The notes: a model not told the origin generated them from the letters alone. DNA of 64,000 nucleotides from Heteroscytonema crispum UTEX LB 1556 (GCA_044006015.1 JBIPDF010000002.1:24666-88665), one strand, 5' to 3'; positions 1 to 10,790 are shown, counted from the stretch's first letter. Made by a program: numbers and translations.

Positions 1-731
1 GCTAAATGAGGGCTCACTTCATCCCGTTCCCAAATATTCTCTCCTGTATATGAGTCTGTCGCCAATTGTTGCGGCAATTTTCCTACTAATAAATAAATAG
101 CTGTTAGCCCCAAACTATACAAGTCACTGGCAAAAACTGGACGCCCTGCTGCTTGTTCGTTGGGCATAAATCCCGGTGTGCCAACAACTATTGAACTGCT
201 GACGTTTCCTTCTGAATTTAACACTGTTGCCATCGTTTCTCGCACGGCTCCAAAGTCAATTAAAACTGGTTCGTCATCAGATGAACGCAAAATAATATTG
301 TCTGGCTTAATATCACGGTGGATGATGCCTTTACTATGTATAAAATCCAGTATTTTTAACAACCTGATTAAAATTGAGCGCACCTGACTTTCACTCAAGC
401 AGCCGCTTTCTTCTACTTTTTGGATGAGGGTTTGTCCGGAAATAAATTCTTGTACTAAATAAAATTGACCATTTGTTTGAAAGTAAGCATATAAGCTGGG
501 AATTTGATTGCTGAGTCCTCCCAATTCTTCTAATATTGCAGCTTCTCTTTGAAAGCGCTTTTGGATCAGATTGTGTACCTGAGAACTCTCGGTAAAAGGT
601 TTTAGTTGTTTAATTACGCAACGACGCCCAGAAGGCATTTGGGTGTCTTCTGCTAGGAATGTTTCGCAAAATCCACCAGTTCCAAGTATACTGATAATGC
701 GATAGCGATCGCTCAAAAATTTTGGTATCAT
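1..731 (-). CDS. Ser/Thr protein kinase, N-terminal catalytic part; the gene's 3' end lies beyond the window start
   Basis: Minus-strand translation starting at ATG (complement of 729-731) reads MIPKFLSDRYRIISILGTGGFCETFLAED...HRDIKPDNIIL...DFGAVRE...GTPGFMPNEQ. Gly-rich loop, HRDxKPxN catalytic loop, DFG motif and an APE-like block are present. The ORF runs off the window edge, so it is absent from the ORF track. Confidence 0.8.
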   Translation of the reverse strand, partial: MIPKFLSDRYRIISILGTGGFCETFLAEDTQMPSGRRCVIKQLKPFTESSQVHNLIQKRFQREAAILEELGGLSNQIPSLYAYFQTNGQFYLVQEFISGQTLIQKVEESGCLSESQVRSILIRLLKILDFIHSKGIIHRDIKPDNIILRSSDDEPVLIDFGAVRETMATVLNSEGNVSSSIVVGTPGFMPNEQAAGRPVFASDLYSLGLTAIYLLVGKLPQQLATDSYTGENIWERDEVSPHL

Positions 732-1151
732 CACCCTTTATTGACTCAGGTTTTTCTGGAATCACTCTCGATTGTTAACAGGCTGCAACTACCAATTTTT
801 ACAACTCTTAATTTTATTTATGTATAAAAAATACTTGCTCACCCCCCGGAAGAAATCAAGTGGTAGCCCTTTAAATTTATTAAATTCTTATATTATACCA
901 GTAAAGAATATTAAAAATTGCTGTTTTGATAACTGTAAGTATATATAAACAATAAAGAAACAACAATTATTTACTTATTTACTAAAAAGTAGGATAAGTA
1001 AGATAAGTAGGATAAATTGTAAGTTTTTAATTTTTTTTAAAGATTTTTATTGACAAATGCGGAAAAATCAAGACAAACAATCAAAAACACAAATCAATTT
1101 CAGAAATAGTAAATATATTATTCCCAGATATTCTGTGTGGTTAAACCATAC

Positions 1152-1228
1152 ATATAGCAGTCCGCGCAATTTAGAAACCGGGTTTCTGGACACCGTGAAC
1201 TTTGACGCTCTGATATAGAATTGCTATA
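1152..1228. mobile_element. MITE-like element, family A copy (TIR atatagca(a/g)tcc ... gaattgctata)
   Basis: Shares its core gaaaccgggtttctggacaccgtgaactttcac and terminal inverted repeats with copies at 38019-38125 and 56538-56640, and with an inverted partial copy near 30845-30950. Confidence 0.5.
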
Positions 1229-1508
1229 ACAACATAACAGTCATCGGAACGCGCCAATTTTCTGTTGCGACGAACAGTTAGAAAATCCTTGGCTTGTCAA
1301 GAATTGGTCTGCCCAAAAAATCGAGATTGTTTTTGTCAGTCTATCTCTATTAACTTAATAAGTTTATTGATTTTTAAATCAATTATAAAATTAAATGATA
1401 ATTTATGGAATATCTAATTTCTGCATTAATAAAAAATTATCAAAGTCGAAGAAAAAAAAGTCAAACTTTATAAAATATCCAGCTTGATATCAGCTTGAGG
1501 TTAACCCG

Positions 1509-4202
1509 ATGCTTGCTTCAGATGTGGCTATGAGTAGTACCTACGACTTACGTCTTGTAGGGCTTTCAATATTGATTGCAGTCCTTGCTTCATATACCGC
1601 ACTTGATTTAGCAGGGCGGGTAACGGCATCTAAGGGATGGGCTAGACTTGCTTGGTTGTTTGGCGGCGCGATCGTGATGGGAATCGGTATCTGGGCGATG
1701 TATTTTGTGGCGATGCTGGCTTTCAGTCTGCCGATACCGATCGCCTATGATATGTTGACCGTGTTGCTGTCAATGCTGCCTGCGATTATCGCCTCTGGCA
1801 GCGCACTTCTTCTCGCCAGTCGCCGATTTTTGAGCATGGGGCAATTGCTAATTGGCGGTATTTTAATGGGTATTGGTATCGCGTCGATGCATTACATTGG
1901 CATGAACGCGATTCAAATTGAAGCCACCATTGAATATAATCCGTTACTGTTTGGGCTTTCTGTGGCGATCGCTATTTGCGCGTCGATTGCAGCGCTGTGG
2001 ATTGCTTTCCAACTCGGTACCCAAAGCAGCGCCACTGTGGAGTGGTCTAAAATTGTCAGCGCGATTGTCATGGGAGGCGCGATCGCTGGGATGCATTACA
2101 CGGGAATGGCGGCGGTTCGCTTCACGCCCACTAACCCAAAAGCAATATCTGCATCAGAGACAGTAAACGATTCCTTAAACTGGCTGGCTGTTTCTATCGG
2201 TATTGCAACCTTTGTAATTTTAGGTTTCGCGCTGATTACAGCGTTTATCGATCGCCGTTTAACCGACCAAGCAAAGCTTTTAGAATTGCAAGAAGCCGAA
2301 GCCAAACGTTCGCAACTATTTACAGATATTACCTTACGAATTCGGCGATCGCTCAAATTGGAGGATGTTTTAAATACAACCGTCCACGAAGTTCGCCAAG
2401 CATTGAAAGCAGACCGTGTAGTTATCTATCGCTTCAATCCTGACTGGACTGGTACTATCATCGCCGAGTCAGTAGCACCAAATTGGATGCAAACCAAAGG
2501 GAGAACAATTAATGACCCTTTTCGAGAAGATTACATCCAAATATACGCTCAAGGGCGAGTCAAAGCTACCAACAATATTTATAAAGCCGGTTTTACAACT
2601 TGCCATAGAGAGATTTTAGAAGGCTTGCAAATTAAGGCAAATTTGGTTGCCCCAATTGTCAATAACAATCAACTTGTCAGCTTATTATGTGCCCATCAAT
2701 GCTCTAAACCTCGATATTGGCAGAAAACTGAAATTGAATTAGTCAAACAGTTAGCAATTCAAGTTGGTATTGCCTTAGAACAAGCAAGTTTGCTGAGAGA
2801 ATTTCAGGAAGCACAGAAAGTTTTGCGGCTTCGCGATCGCGCGATCGCAGCAGCGAGTAATGCCATCATCATTACCGATCCGCGTTTACCAGACAACCCG
2901 ATCATTTTTTGCAATCCTGCTTTTGAAACAATTACAGGCTATTTACCAGAAGAAGCCATTGGGCGTAACTGTCGATTTCTGCAAGGGAAAGATACAGATC
3001 CAGCCACCCTGCATAAATTACGCAGTGCAATTCGCGATGGACATGAATGTCAAGTTGTAATTAAGAATTACCGCAAAGATGGCAATTTTTTCTGGACAGA
3101 ATTAACGATTTCTCCAGTGCGAGACGCCTTTGGACAAGTAATAAATTATATTGGCGTGCAATCTGATATTACCTTACGCAAGCAGGCGGAAGAAGAATTA
3201 AAGCGCAGTCAAGAAGCCCTGCAAAGCCAGTTGCTAAAGCTGCTGACAGACGTGAAAGAAGCATCCGGCAATTTAGCTGCGGGTGAAATTTCAACCAGTG
3301 AAATTGGGGTAGTAGCTGATGTTTTTAATACCATCATCCAGAACTTGCGGCAAATAGCTACTCAAGTCAAAACAACTGCTTATCAAGTGAATGTTTCCCT
3401 TGAGGAAAACTCGAGTGCGATCGCGCAATTGGCGGATGAAGCACTCAAACATGGCGAAGAGATTAGCCACGCCCTTGAGGAAATGGATAAAATGAATCTC
3501 TCAATTCAAATTGTGGCAGATAGCGCCCGCCAAGCCGCAGAAGTCGCCAATACTACCTCAAACACAGCACAGGCGGCTGGATTTGCTATTGATAACACTG
3601 TCAGCAGTATCTTGAATTTGCAACGGACAATTACAGAAAAAGCGAACAAAGTCAAGCGTTTGGGCGAATCTTCTCAAAAAATTTCCTATGTTGTGTCATT
3701 GATTGGGCAAATTGCCTTGCAAACCAACTTATTAGCCATCAACGCCAAGATAGAGGCTGTGGGAGTGGGTAAAGAAGGTAGAGGTTTGGCGATCGTAGCG
3801 GAACAAATTGCTAAATTAGCAGAACAATCTATCGAAGCAACCAAAGAAATTCAAGAAATGTTGGAAAACATCGAATTAGAAACTAGCGAAGTGGTGAAAG
3901 CCATACAGCTAGGAACAATCGAATTAGTGGAAGGAGTAAATTTTGTCCAAGATGCCAAGTATAACTTAGAGCAAATTTTAGAAGTATCTTGTCAAATTGA
4001 CAATTTAGTGCATTCAATTTCGACAGCAACAGCATGTCAAACACAAACTTATCACGCGATCGCACTACAGATGAAAGAGATAGCGTCTGCTTCTCAAAGC
4101 ACAGCAGATTCGTCGCGCATGGTGTCTAACTCCCTGCAGCAAACCCAACAAGTAGCACAACAATTGCAAGCCTCTGTAGGTATATTTAATACTGGCAGTT
4201 AG
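1509..4202 (+). CDS. Multi-sensor methyl-accepting chemotaxis protein: MHYT membrane domain + phytochrome-class GAF + LOV + HAMP-like + MCP signalling domain
   Basis: 897-aa ORF. The N-terminus has six predicted TM segments carrying MYFVAM, MHYIGM and MHYTGM (MHYT repeats). The GAF has [18 protein letters not shown] and [21 protein letters not shown], the Cys-His plus LVxPI signature of bilin-binding GAFs. The LOV core reads [13 protein letters not shown]...[18 protein letters not shown]...IGVQSDIT. The C-terminus has [34 protein letters not shown], the highly conserved MCP signalling block. Confidence 0.85.
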   Translation: MLASDVAMSSTYDLRLVGLSILIAVLASYTALDLAGRVTASKGWARLAWLFGGAIVMGIGIWAMYFVAMLAFSLPIPIAYDMLTVLLSMLPAIIASGSALLLASRRFLSMGQLLIGGILMGIGIASMHYIGMNAIQIEATIEYNPLLFGLSVAIAICASIAALWIAFQLGTQSSATVEWSKIVSAIVMGGAIAGMHYTGMAAVRFTPTNPKAISASETVNDSLNWLAVSIGIATFVILGFALITAFIDRRLTDQAKLLELQEAEAKRSQLFTDITLRIRRSLKLEDVLNTTVHEVRQALKADRVVIYRFNPDWTGTIIAESVAPNWMQTKGRTINDPFREDYIQIYAQGRVKATNNIYKAGFTTCHREILEGLQIKANLVAPIVNNNQLVSLLCAHQCSKPRYWQKTEIELVKQLAIQVGIALEQASLLREFQEAQKVLRLRDRAIAAASNAIIITDPRLPDNPIIFCNPAFETITGYLPEEAIGRNCRFLQGKDTDPATLHKLRSAIRDGHECQVVIKNYRKDGNFFWTELTISPVRDAFGQVINYIGVQSDITLRKQAEEELKRSQEALQSQLLKLLTDVKEASGNLAAGEISTSEIGVVADVFNTIIQNLRQIATQVKTTAYQVNVSLEENSSAIAQLADEALKHGEEISHALEEMDKMNLSIQIVADSARQAAEVANTTSNTAQAAGFAIDNTVSSILNLQRTITEKANKVKRLGESSQKISYVVSLIGQIALQTNLLAINAKIEAVGVGKEGRGLAIVAEQIAKLAEQSIEATKEIQEMLENIELETSEVVKAIQLGTIELVEGVNFVQDAKYNLEQILEVSCQIDNLVHSISTATACQTQTYHAIALQMKEIASASQSTADSSRMVSNSLQQTQQVAQQLQASVGIFNTGS

Positions 4203-4205
4203 AGA

Positions 4206-4488
4206 GGGCAATGGGCAATGGGCAATGGGCAATGGGCAATGGGCAATGGGCAATGGGCAAGGTAAATAAATTAGTTTTTATAATTCCCAATGTTTAATTC
4301 CCAATGTTTAATTTCCAATGTTTAATTTCCAATGTTTAATTCCCAATGCCCAATTCCCATTGCCCAATTCCCATTGCCCAATGCCCAATTCCCAATTCCC
4401 ATTGCCCAATTCCCATTGCCCAATGCCCAATCCCCAATTCCCAATTCCCAATGCCCGATGCCCAATGCCCAATGCCCAATACCCAATG
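4206..4488. repeat. STRR array: 8 direct GGGCAAT heptamers followed by a ~220 bp block of complementary-type heptamers (CCCAATG/CCCAATT/CCCATTG); potential long imperfect hairpin
   Basis: Read directly from the sequence. It lies exactly between the stop of the + strand receptor gene (4202) and the stop of recN on the - strand (4490). ORFs 4065..4253 and 4318..4626 are translations of the repeat. Confidence 0.9.
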
Positions 4489-4489
4489 A

Positions 4490-6238
4490 CTATTCAACTT
4501 GTTGTCGGTGATTCGCGGCTTGATTTAACAACGATTCGGCAAATGCGATCGCTTCTTGGGCTGACTTTCCACCTGCTAATTGCGCTAGTTCGTCCCGCCG
4601 TGTGGTTAAATTCTCTAATGCCGTAACTCGCACTACGGTTCGCTCTTCGCTGTTACCATTGTTCTCTTTTTTACCTTTGAATTGATTGATTGTTTGCTTA
4701 TCTACCCTAAAATGGCGGTCTGCCATTGCTGCTACTAAGGGTTGGTGTGTAACACACAATACCTGTTGCTGTTGGCTGAGTTGGTGTAATTTTTCGGCGA
4801 TCGCTTGGGCGACTCTCCCGGAAACGCCAACGTCAATTTCATCAAATACCATTGTCCCCGCTGCGTCTGCTTGGTAAAAACAAGCTTTCAACGCTAGCAA
4901 AAAGCGACTCATTTCTCCACCCGAAGCAATTTCTGTTAAAGGTTGCATTGGTTCCCCTGGATTGGGGCTAAACATAAAAGTAATTTTGTCTGCACCTGCA
5001 GCGGTTGGCAATGTCGGTACAATTTCCACTTGAAATTGGACTTTTTCCATCGCTAGGGGCTTGAGTTCTGCAATCAATCGTGCTTCTAAATTTGCAGCAG
5101 TTTTTTGACGCAATTTTGTTAACTGGTTGCAAGCTTGGGTAAGTTTTTCCAAAGACGCTTTTTCTTGCTGTTCCAGACTTTCAATAGATAGTTCGCTGTC
5201 GTTAAGTTCGGTTAATTCCCCTTGGATGCGCTGGTAATAAGCGATCGCTTCTTGTAATGTCGGACCATATTTGCGACAAATTTGCTTTAATTCCCGAATC
5301 CGTTCTTCTACCTCTTCCAAACGCTGCGGATCGGCTTCTAAAGCTTCCCCATAAGCATTAATTTGCCTCGCCACTTCCACGATTGTGGCTTGGGCATCCC
5401 GCACCAAGTCCAACATCGGCTGCAACTGGGTATCATATTCTACCATATCAGTTAATGTCGCCTCGCTGTCTCCCAGCAAGTCAGCAGCGGCTGCGGCTTC
5501 ATTATCATTTTGATACAAAGCCTGATAGATTTTGTAACTCATCTGTTGCAATTCAACCACATGATTGAGACGCTGGCGTTCTTGTTCTAGCAATTCCAAT
5601 TCATTCGGTTCGTTGAGATTTGCGCCTCCCAACTCCTGCACTTGATAAGTTAATAAATCAAATTGTTGCAAACGTTCCCGTTCCGAAGTCCGGCGTTTTT
5701 CTAAAACCAGATGTGCTTGTTGATAAGCACTAAAAGCAGTAGCGATGAATTGACGCTTTTGCAGCTGCGAATCACCGCCGTAAACATCCAACCAATCGCG
5801 GACTTGTGCAGACTGTCCCACCAATACAGTTTGACCTTGGGCGGTAATTTCCACCAAGCGATCGCGCAAACCGTTCATCAACTGTCGATTTACCAACACG
5901 CCATTTACACGCGAACGGCTGCGGATATTACTGACAGTAGCGGTAATTTCGCGACTGATGACTGCGGAATTATCATCAATTAAATCAATTTCCTGTTCGG
6001 TCAACCAAGCAGCTAAGGAACGGTTAATAGTGAACGTAGCTTCCACCATAGCGCGACTCGTCCCCGTGCGAATCACGCGACTAGAGACTTTACCACCCAA
6101 AGCCGCATCAATCGCATCCAGGATAATCGACTTACCCGCACCGGTTTCCCCTGTCAAGACATTCAGTCCAGCACCAAATTCTAATTCTAGCTGGTCAATG
6201 AGGGCAAAATTTTCAATTCGCAGGCAGAGCAACATCAA
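4490..6238 (-). CDS. recN: DNA repair protein RecN
   Basis: [49 protein letters not shown] at the N-terminus (Walker A), a long coiled-coil middle, and a C-terminal [13 protein letters not shown] signature typical of RecN/SMC-like proteins. Confidence 0.9.
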   Translation of the reverse strand: MMLLCLRIENFALIDQLELEFGAGLNVLTGETGAGKSIILDAIDAALGGKVSSRVIRTGTSRAMVEATFTINRSLAAWLTEQEIDLIDDNSAVISREITATVSNIRSRSRVNGVLVNRQLMNGLRDRLVEITAQGQTVLVGQSAQVRDWLDVYGGDSQLQKRQFIATAFSAYQQAHLVLEKRRTSERERLQQFDLLTYQVQELGGANLNEPNELELLEQERQRLNHVVELQQMSYKIYQALYQNDNEAAAAADLLGDSEATLTDMVEYDTQLQPMLDLVRDAQATIVEVARQINAYGEALEADPQRLEEVEERIRELKQICRKYGPTLQEAIAYYQRIQGELTELNDSELSIESLEQQEKASLEKLTQACNQLTKLRQKTAANLEARLIAELKPLAMEKVQFQVEIVPTLPTAAGADKITFMFSPNPGEPMQPLTEIASGGEMSRFLLALKACFYQADAAGTMVFDEIDVGVSGRVAQAIAEKLHQLSQQQQVLCVTHQPLVAAMADRHFRVDKQTINQFKGKKENNGNSEERTVVRVTALENLTTRRDELAQLAGGKSAQEAIAFAESLLNQAANHRQQVE

Positions 6239-6429
6239 ACAAAATTCTCCGTTAAGGCAGACGCCGGATAGTTACAACTTCAAAGACACTAGAGATAACG
6301 AATGAGCAAAGTTCAATACCAACTACCATTGAAAAAACTGAGGAGTCGAAATTGAGTGTAACAAACCTAGTTTAGTTTGGCTGCGATAACCATTGGTAAA
6401 GGCGATAGCTTTCTTAATTTAGAACAAAG

Positions 6430-6600
6430 TTAGTGGTTGGTGGTGAAGCGCGTACTGCGGTCGGGTTTCCCTCCTAGTACTGGTTCTCCCGAAGGGTCGT
6501 TGGTTGGTGGTTGGTGGTGAAGCGCGTACTGCGGTCGGGTTTCCCTCCTAGTACTGGTTCTCCCGAAGGGTCGTTGGTTGGTGGTTGGTGGTGAAGCGCG
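6430..6600. repeat. Tandem repeat, unit ~68 bp, about 2.4 copies (ggttggtggtgaagcgcgtactgcggtcgggtttccctcctagtactggttctcccgaagggtcgtt)
   Basis: Direct repetition is visible at 6430-6499, 6500-6569 and 6570-6600. The reverse complement of the unit recurs in degenerate form at 51110-51410. Confidence 0.8.
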
Positions 6601-6604
6601 AAAA

Positions 6605-6660
6605 TCTCCCACACCCGTCGCCCCTTCCCTTCCCCCCTTCCCCCCTTCCCCCCTTCCTTA
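6605..6660. repeat. STRR array, CCCCTTC heptamers
   Basis: ccccttcccttccccccttccccccttccccccttcc read directly; it adjoins the 68-bp repeat. Confidence 0.7.
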
Positions 6661-6780
6661 AAAATCTATCCAAAGATTGATTATCTCTCACACAACATAT
6701 ATTTATAAGGATTATGCTGGTTTTCAGACTTCTCGCCTCTGAGATATTGTTACAATACTTAATGTGAACGTTCCGACGCG

Positions 6781-8817
6781 GTGGCAATCTTCATGAATGT
6801 TAAGACAGTTCCTCCTACTTCCCAGCTGATTCAGACTGAAGTAGTGCCAGCAAACGGTGCGCTACTTAAGGATGTCAAATTACCAGAACTTGTGGACAAC
6901 CACAGACCCAAAGTCTTGGTGACTGTAGCCGAACCAGAAATAGGCTACGATCCACAAGCGATCGCAGCGCAATACAAAAGGACACCGTTGCAGGTTTTGC
7001 GGCGCATTTTCGCAGTTTTGGCACCTACCCTAAACTTTGCTTTTGGGGTGTGGTGGGATAGCAAGCGGGGAGTTGTCGTTAAAAATGACCGCCGCCGTGC
7101 AATTCACCTGCGAGAGTTGCTGACAAAGTTGGGACCAGCCTACATTAAAATTGGACAGGCTTTGTCTACCAGACCTGATTTAGTTCCTCCGATGTATTTA
7201 GAGGAATTAACTCAACTGCAAGATAAATTACCGCCCTTTGCCAACGAACTCGCTTACCAGTTTATCGAAGAAGAACTCGGTCAGCGTCCGGAAGAAGTTT
7301 ACGCCGAACTTTCGCCCCAGCCAATTGCTGCAGCATCTTTGGGACAAGTATACAAAGGCAAGTTGAAAACTGGTGAAGAAGTCGCCGTGAAAGTGCAACG
7401 TCCCGACTTGCGAGAAAAAATCACTATCGACTTGTATATATTACGCAAGTTGGCAGCATGGGCGCAGAAAAACTTCAAACGGGTGCGCAGTGACTTAGTA
7501 GGTATTTTAGATGAATTAGGCGATCGCATCTTTGAAGAGATGGACTACATCCACGAAGGGCAGAACGCTGAAAGATTTTTCCAACTTTACGGTCATATAA
7601 AAGACATATATGTACCGAAAATTTACTGGGAATATACCAACCGTCGCGTATTGACGATGGAGTGGATAAACGGCAAAAAGTTAACCCAGATAGAAGAACT
7701 GAGCGCCGAAGGGATAAACGCCCGTTATTTAGTAGAAGTAGGCGTCCAGTGTTCATTGCGACAGTTATTAGAACATGGATTTTTCCATGCAGACCCCCAT
7801 CCAGGGAACTTGTTAGCCACAACCGATGGCAAATTAGCCTATCTCGACTTTGGGATGATGAGCGAAATTCAACCGCCCCAGAGATATGGTTTAATAGAAG
7901 CGATCGTTCATGTCGTCAACCGCGATTTTGAAGGTTTAGCAAAAGATTACGTCAAGTTAGATTTCTTATCACCAGAGACAGATTTAACACCAATAATTCC
8001 GGCTTTCGCGAGAGTATTTGCCGACGCTCAAGGAGCCAGCGTTGCCGACTTGAACATTAAAACCATCACCGATGAACTATCGGCATTAATGTATGAATAT
8101 CCCTTCCGCGTACCACCTTATTACGCATTAATTATACGTTCTTTGGTGACATTAGAAGGCATAGCCATCTATATAGATCCTAAATTCAAAGTTCTCAGCG
8201 AAGCATATCCTTACGTAGCCAAACGCTTATTAACCGACCCAGCCCCAGAATTAAGAACATCCTTGCGCGACTTGCTATTTAAAGATGGTACATTCCGCTG
8301 GAATCGTCTGGAAAACTTGTTAAAAAATGCGCGTAACAATCAAGAATACGACCTCAATTTAGTAGTAAATCAAACCGTTGAATTTCTCTCTTCAGAAAGA
8401 GGCGCATTAATTCGCAATAACCTAGTTGATGAAATAGTCAGAGGACTTGATGCATTAACTAAAAATGCCTTGCATAGCTTTACATACCTGCTGCGAGAAA
8501 GAGTGGGTATGACAGCAGTCAACGAAACTCCCGCCGCCACAGTCGAACAACAACAAACCCTAGAACATATTAAACGTATCGTAGGAATTCTTCGAGAAAC
8601 TCGTGGCTTTGATGCATCACAACTTGCGCCCCAAATTGCCCAGTTATTCTTCAACCCAGGCGTACAGCGTTTGGGACAGCAAATTGCCAGTCAGTTAGCC
8701 CAAAAAGCAGTAGCAAGGCTAATTCGGGAATTATTGGTATCAGAAGAAGAGCAGAATTTGAGTCAACCTACACCACCAAACCAGCCCGTAAGATTATCTT
8801 TACCAGCAAGAGTGTAG
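6781..8817 (+). CDS. ABC1/AarF/UbiB-family atypical protein kinase
   Basis: LGPAYIKIGQALSTRPDLVPPMYLEELTQLQDKLPPF is the ABC1-family signature. Also seen are VAVKVQRP and HADPHPGN blocks. The ~680-aa length fits cyanobacterial ABC1 kinases. Confidence 0.85.
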   Translation: MAIFMNVKTVPPTSQLIQTEVVPANGALLKDVKLPELVDNHRPKVLVTVAEPEIGYDPQAIAAQYKRTPLQVLRRIFAVLAPTLNFAFGVWWDSKRGVVVKNDRRRAIHLRELLTKLGPAYIKIGQALSTRPDLVPPMYLEELTQLQDKLPPFANELAYQFIEEELGQRPEEVYAELSPQPIAAASLGQVYKGKLKTGEEVAVKVQRPDLREKITIDLYILRKLAAWAQKNFKRVRSDLVGILDELGDRIFEEMDYIHEGQNAERFFQLYGHIKDIYVPKIYWEYTNRRVLTMEWINGKKLTQIEELSAEGINARYLVEVGVQCSLRQLLEHGFFHADPHPGNLLATTDGKLAYLDFGMMSEIQPPQRYGLIEAIVHVVNRDFEGLAKDYVKLDFLSPETDLTPIIPAFARVFADAQGASVADLNIKTITDELSALMYEYPFRVPPYYALIIRSLVTLEGIAIYIDPKFKVLSEAYPYVAKRLLTDPAPELRTSLRDLLFKDGTFRWNRLENLLKNARNNQEYDLNLVVNQTVEFLSSERGALIRNNLVDEIVRGLDALTKNALHSFTYLLRERVGMTAVNETPAATVEQQQTLEHIKRIVGILRETRGFDASQLAPQIAQLFFNPGVQRLGQQIASQLAQKAVARLIRELLVSEEEQNLSQPTPPNQPVRLSLPARV

Positions 8818-8878
8818 TTAGTTAGTTCCTAATTATTTAATAACGCATTTCAATTTAACTCTCTCGTCTCTCGTCACA

Positions 8879-8918
8879 GGGCTTCTGCCTTGTGACGCGA
8901 GTCGAAAGGCAGAAGCCC
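8879..8918. terminator. Intergenic hairpin between convergent genes (13-bp stem gggcttctgcctt / aaggcagaagccc, 14-nt loop)
   Basis: Perfect inverted repeat read in sequence. It lies between the stop at 8817 (+) and the stop at 8994 (-). There is no clear U-tract on either side. Confidence 0.4.
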
Positions 8919-8993
8919 TCCACAATGCGTTCCCCAGAGCCTAGGAACGAGTCATTGAAAAGATTATTCCTTCCCCCTTTCCCCTCTTCCCTA

Positions 8994-9350
8994 TTAACAT
9001 TCATCAATAATGTTCTGAATGTGATAAACATCCCACTCTTGAATACCCATTCGCTTCAAAATTGCTTGGGCATCGTCTATCTCATCTTCTGCATTTTCTA
9101 ACATTAACAAATAATTTCCTTGGAGCAATCTAGATTTATAAAATCTGGCGCGGTCTTCAGGAATACCCCTTTTTAATAAAGCACTATTAATACAATCTTC
9201 TTCACCCCTCGCAATTTTTATCCAGGCGTTAGTGAACAGCGATACTTTATCTAAACAAAAACCTGCATCTTTGAGTTTGCTAAGAGCAGCTTCTACATCT
9301 TGGCGAATTGAAAATAATCCAACCGCGTATTTGCTGATTGTGAAAACCAT
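8994..9350 (-). CDS. Small general-stress-type protein (YflT/GSP17M-like domain, tentative)
   Basis: 118 aa, soluble, AxxALxxLKDAGF...V block. The call rests on a recalled domain pattern, not a search. Confidence 0.35.
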   Translation of the reverse strand: MVFTISKYAVGLFSIRQDVEAALSKLKDAGFCLDKVSLFTNAWIKIARGEEDCINSALLKRGIPEDRARFYKSRLLQGNYLLMLENAEDEIDDAQAILKRMGIQEWDVYHIQNIIDEC

Positions 9351-10790
9351 CGTCTTTTATACTCCATTCAAAGTTTTTATTAAAAAAGCACGCACATTCG
9401 AGCCTCCCACGCCAGTCTCCTCAACAGAAGAAAGCTACGTGGTAAGCGTAAACTGCAGAAAAGTTCCCCGACTCAGACGGCTGGCGCCGGGTTAAGCGCG
9501 TCATAGTACCTGCCGTTGGGTTAAAGCAAGTGGTGTAAAACTGACATTGTTGAATCTTGGGTAGAAAAACTGAAATTAAGCGTATTCTCCTTAGCAGCAG
9601 TCTACATAACTCATGATGAAAACTTAGATGATAAATTCTTGAAATCAAGGTGTATTTAAACAATTCGCTGCCCCTTAAACTTGTCAGCGTCAACTTCTAG
9701 CAATTAAAAATGTATTCTATTTGTCTTATATAATTAGTAATTATAATATTATAAATAGAAATCGATATACTTCTTTAACACCTTAGTTATAGAAAATATT
9801 AAAGTCTTGAAAACATGACAAATAAATTAAGTGATGAGATATCAAAATTGCCTAATTTTGGCGATTTTGAGCTAAATTAGCAATTTTCAGGCATATATGG
9901 CCGTTGCAGCTTGGATAAAACGCTCCAAAAACAACCGAAGATAGTTGTAAGGTAAGCATCGCCAATTTCGTCAAAGTATTTTTTTAGCAGAGAAAATTAA
10001 AAATCTTGATGATTTCTTAGGGTCCGGCTGAAAGCGGTAAAAGCGGTGAAATTCTGTATCCGCCGAACTTCCATTGTCTGATGACAAGTAACTTCAGGGA
10101 AATTGCTGCCGCGTCGGCGGAGTTCTTGTTTTATTGTCGTTGCGCGATATAGCCCACGGTGCGTCTACGACAAATAATACACCTTTCAGGTATTGGATAA
10201 ACTGGAGCGATAAATCAGCTAACGGTATAGCGATCGCAAGTTATTCTAAGGCATGATTTGCCCAGCTTACCAATAATAAAAAATATTAATCTATCTGAGG
10301 TAGTGTTAATATCCTTGTTTCAAATTCTTCTGACAACTTCTCTGGAGAATTTATTTATGGGGTTTGGGCGTCTTGTCCTCTGCCTTTTTTCTTCTGCCAA
10401 CAACTTCAGCTTTGAACTATAACAAATAGTACAACCGACACTGAAAAAGTTCGGTTAATACACCATATTAGTTAGTATTGACAAGTTACATTAGAAAAGT
10501 ATTAAGAAAAGCAAAACTCATACACAAATCACAGATAAAACAATAGCTTGAAAGTCTAATCATTCCGGAAATTTTTCGGACATTAAGGCAGAAAATAAAA
10601 TAAATAATTTTAATTAGTTCCTACAATCAACTTATAAAATTAAATATTCAATTATTAATGAGCCAAATGTGCAAATTAATGATTTGGCAGTGCTTTCATT
10701 GTCATGTTCCTAATTAATAATTATATATATTTGACTAATTATAAATTATTTTATCAGCCCACTTGCTGATTGGCTATGGAGGATTTGTGA

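Noticed and set aside
1918-4065. Internal/antisense ORFs inside the receptor gene (1918..2166, 2096..2356, 2860..3060, 3883..4065), and similar nested ORFs inside recN, the ABC1 kinase, the P450s, the antiporter, amylase, flotillin, atpD, glmS and the CHAT protein
   Set aside because: They are shorter alternative-frame ORFs fully contained in longer ORFs that carry clear conserved motifs. They have no independent support.
4206-4488. Possible CRISPR array suggested by regularly spaced short repeats
   Set aside because: The repeats are 7-bp units in direct tandem without unique spacers (an STRR), not 28-37-bp repeats separated by spacers. No cas genes are nearby.
4318-4626. ORFs 4065..4253, 4318..4626, 17002..17184, 6430..6612, 6548..6787, 50957..51439, 51150..51410 and 51176..51415 as coding genes
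   Set aside because: Their translations are periodic ([16 protein letters not shown]..., MGNGQWAMGNGQW..., PPTTN...). They coincide exactly with STRR or 68-bp repeat arrays and are repeat artefacts.
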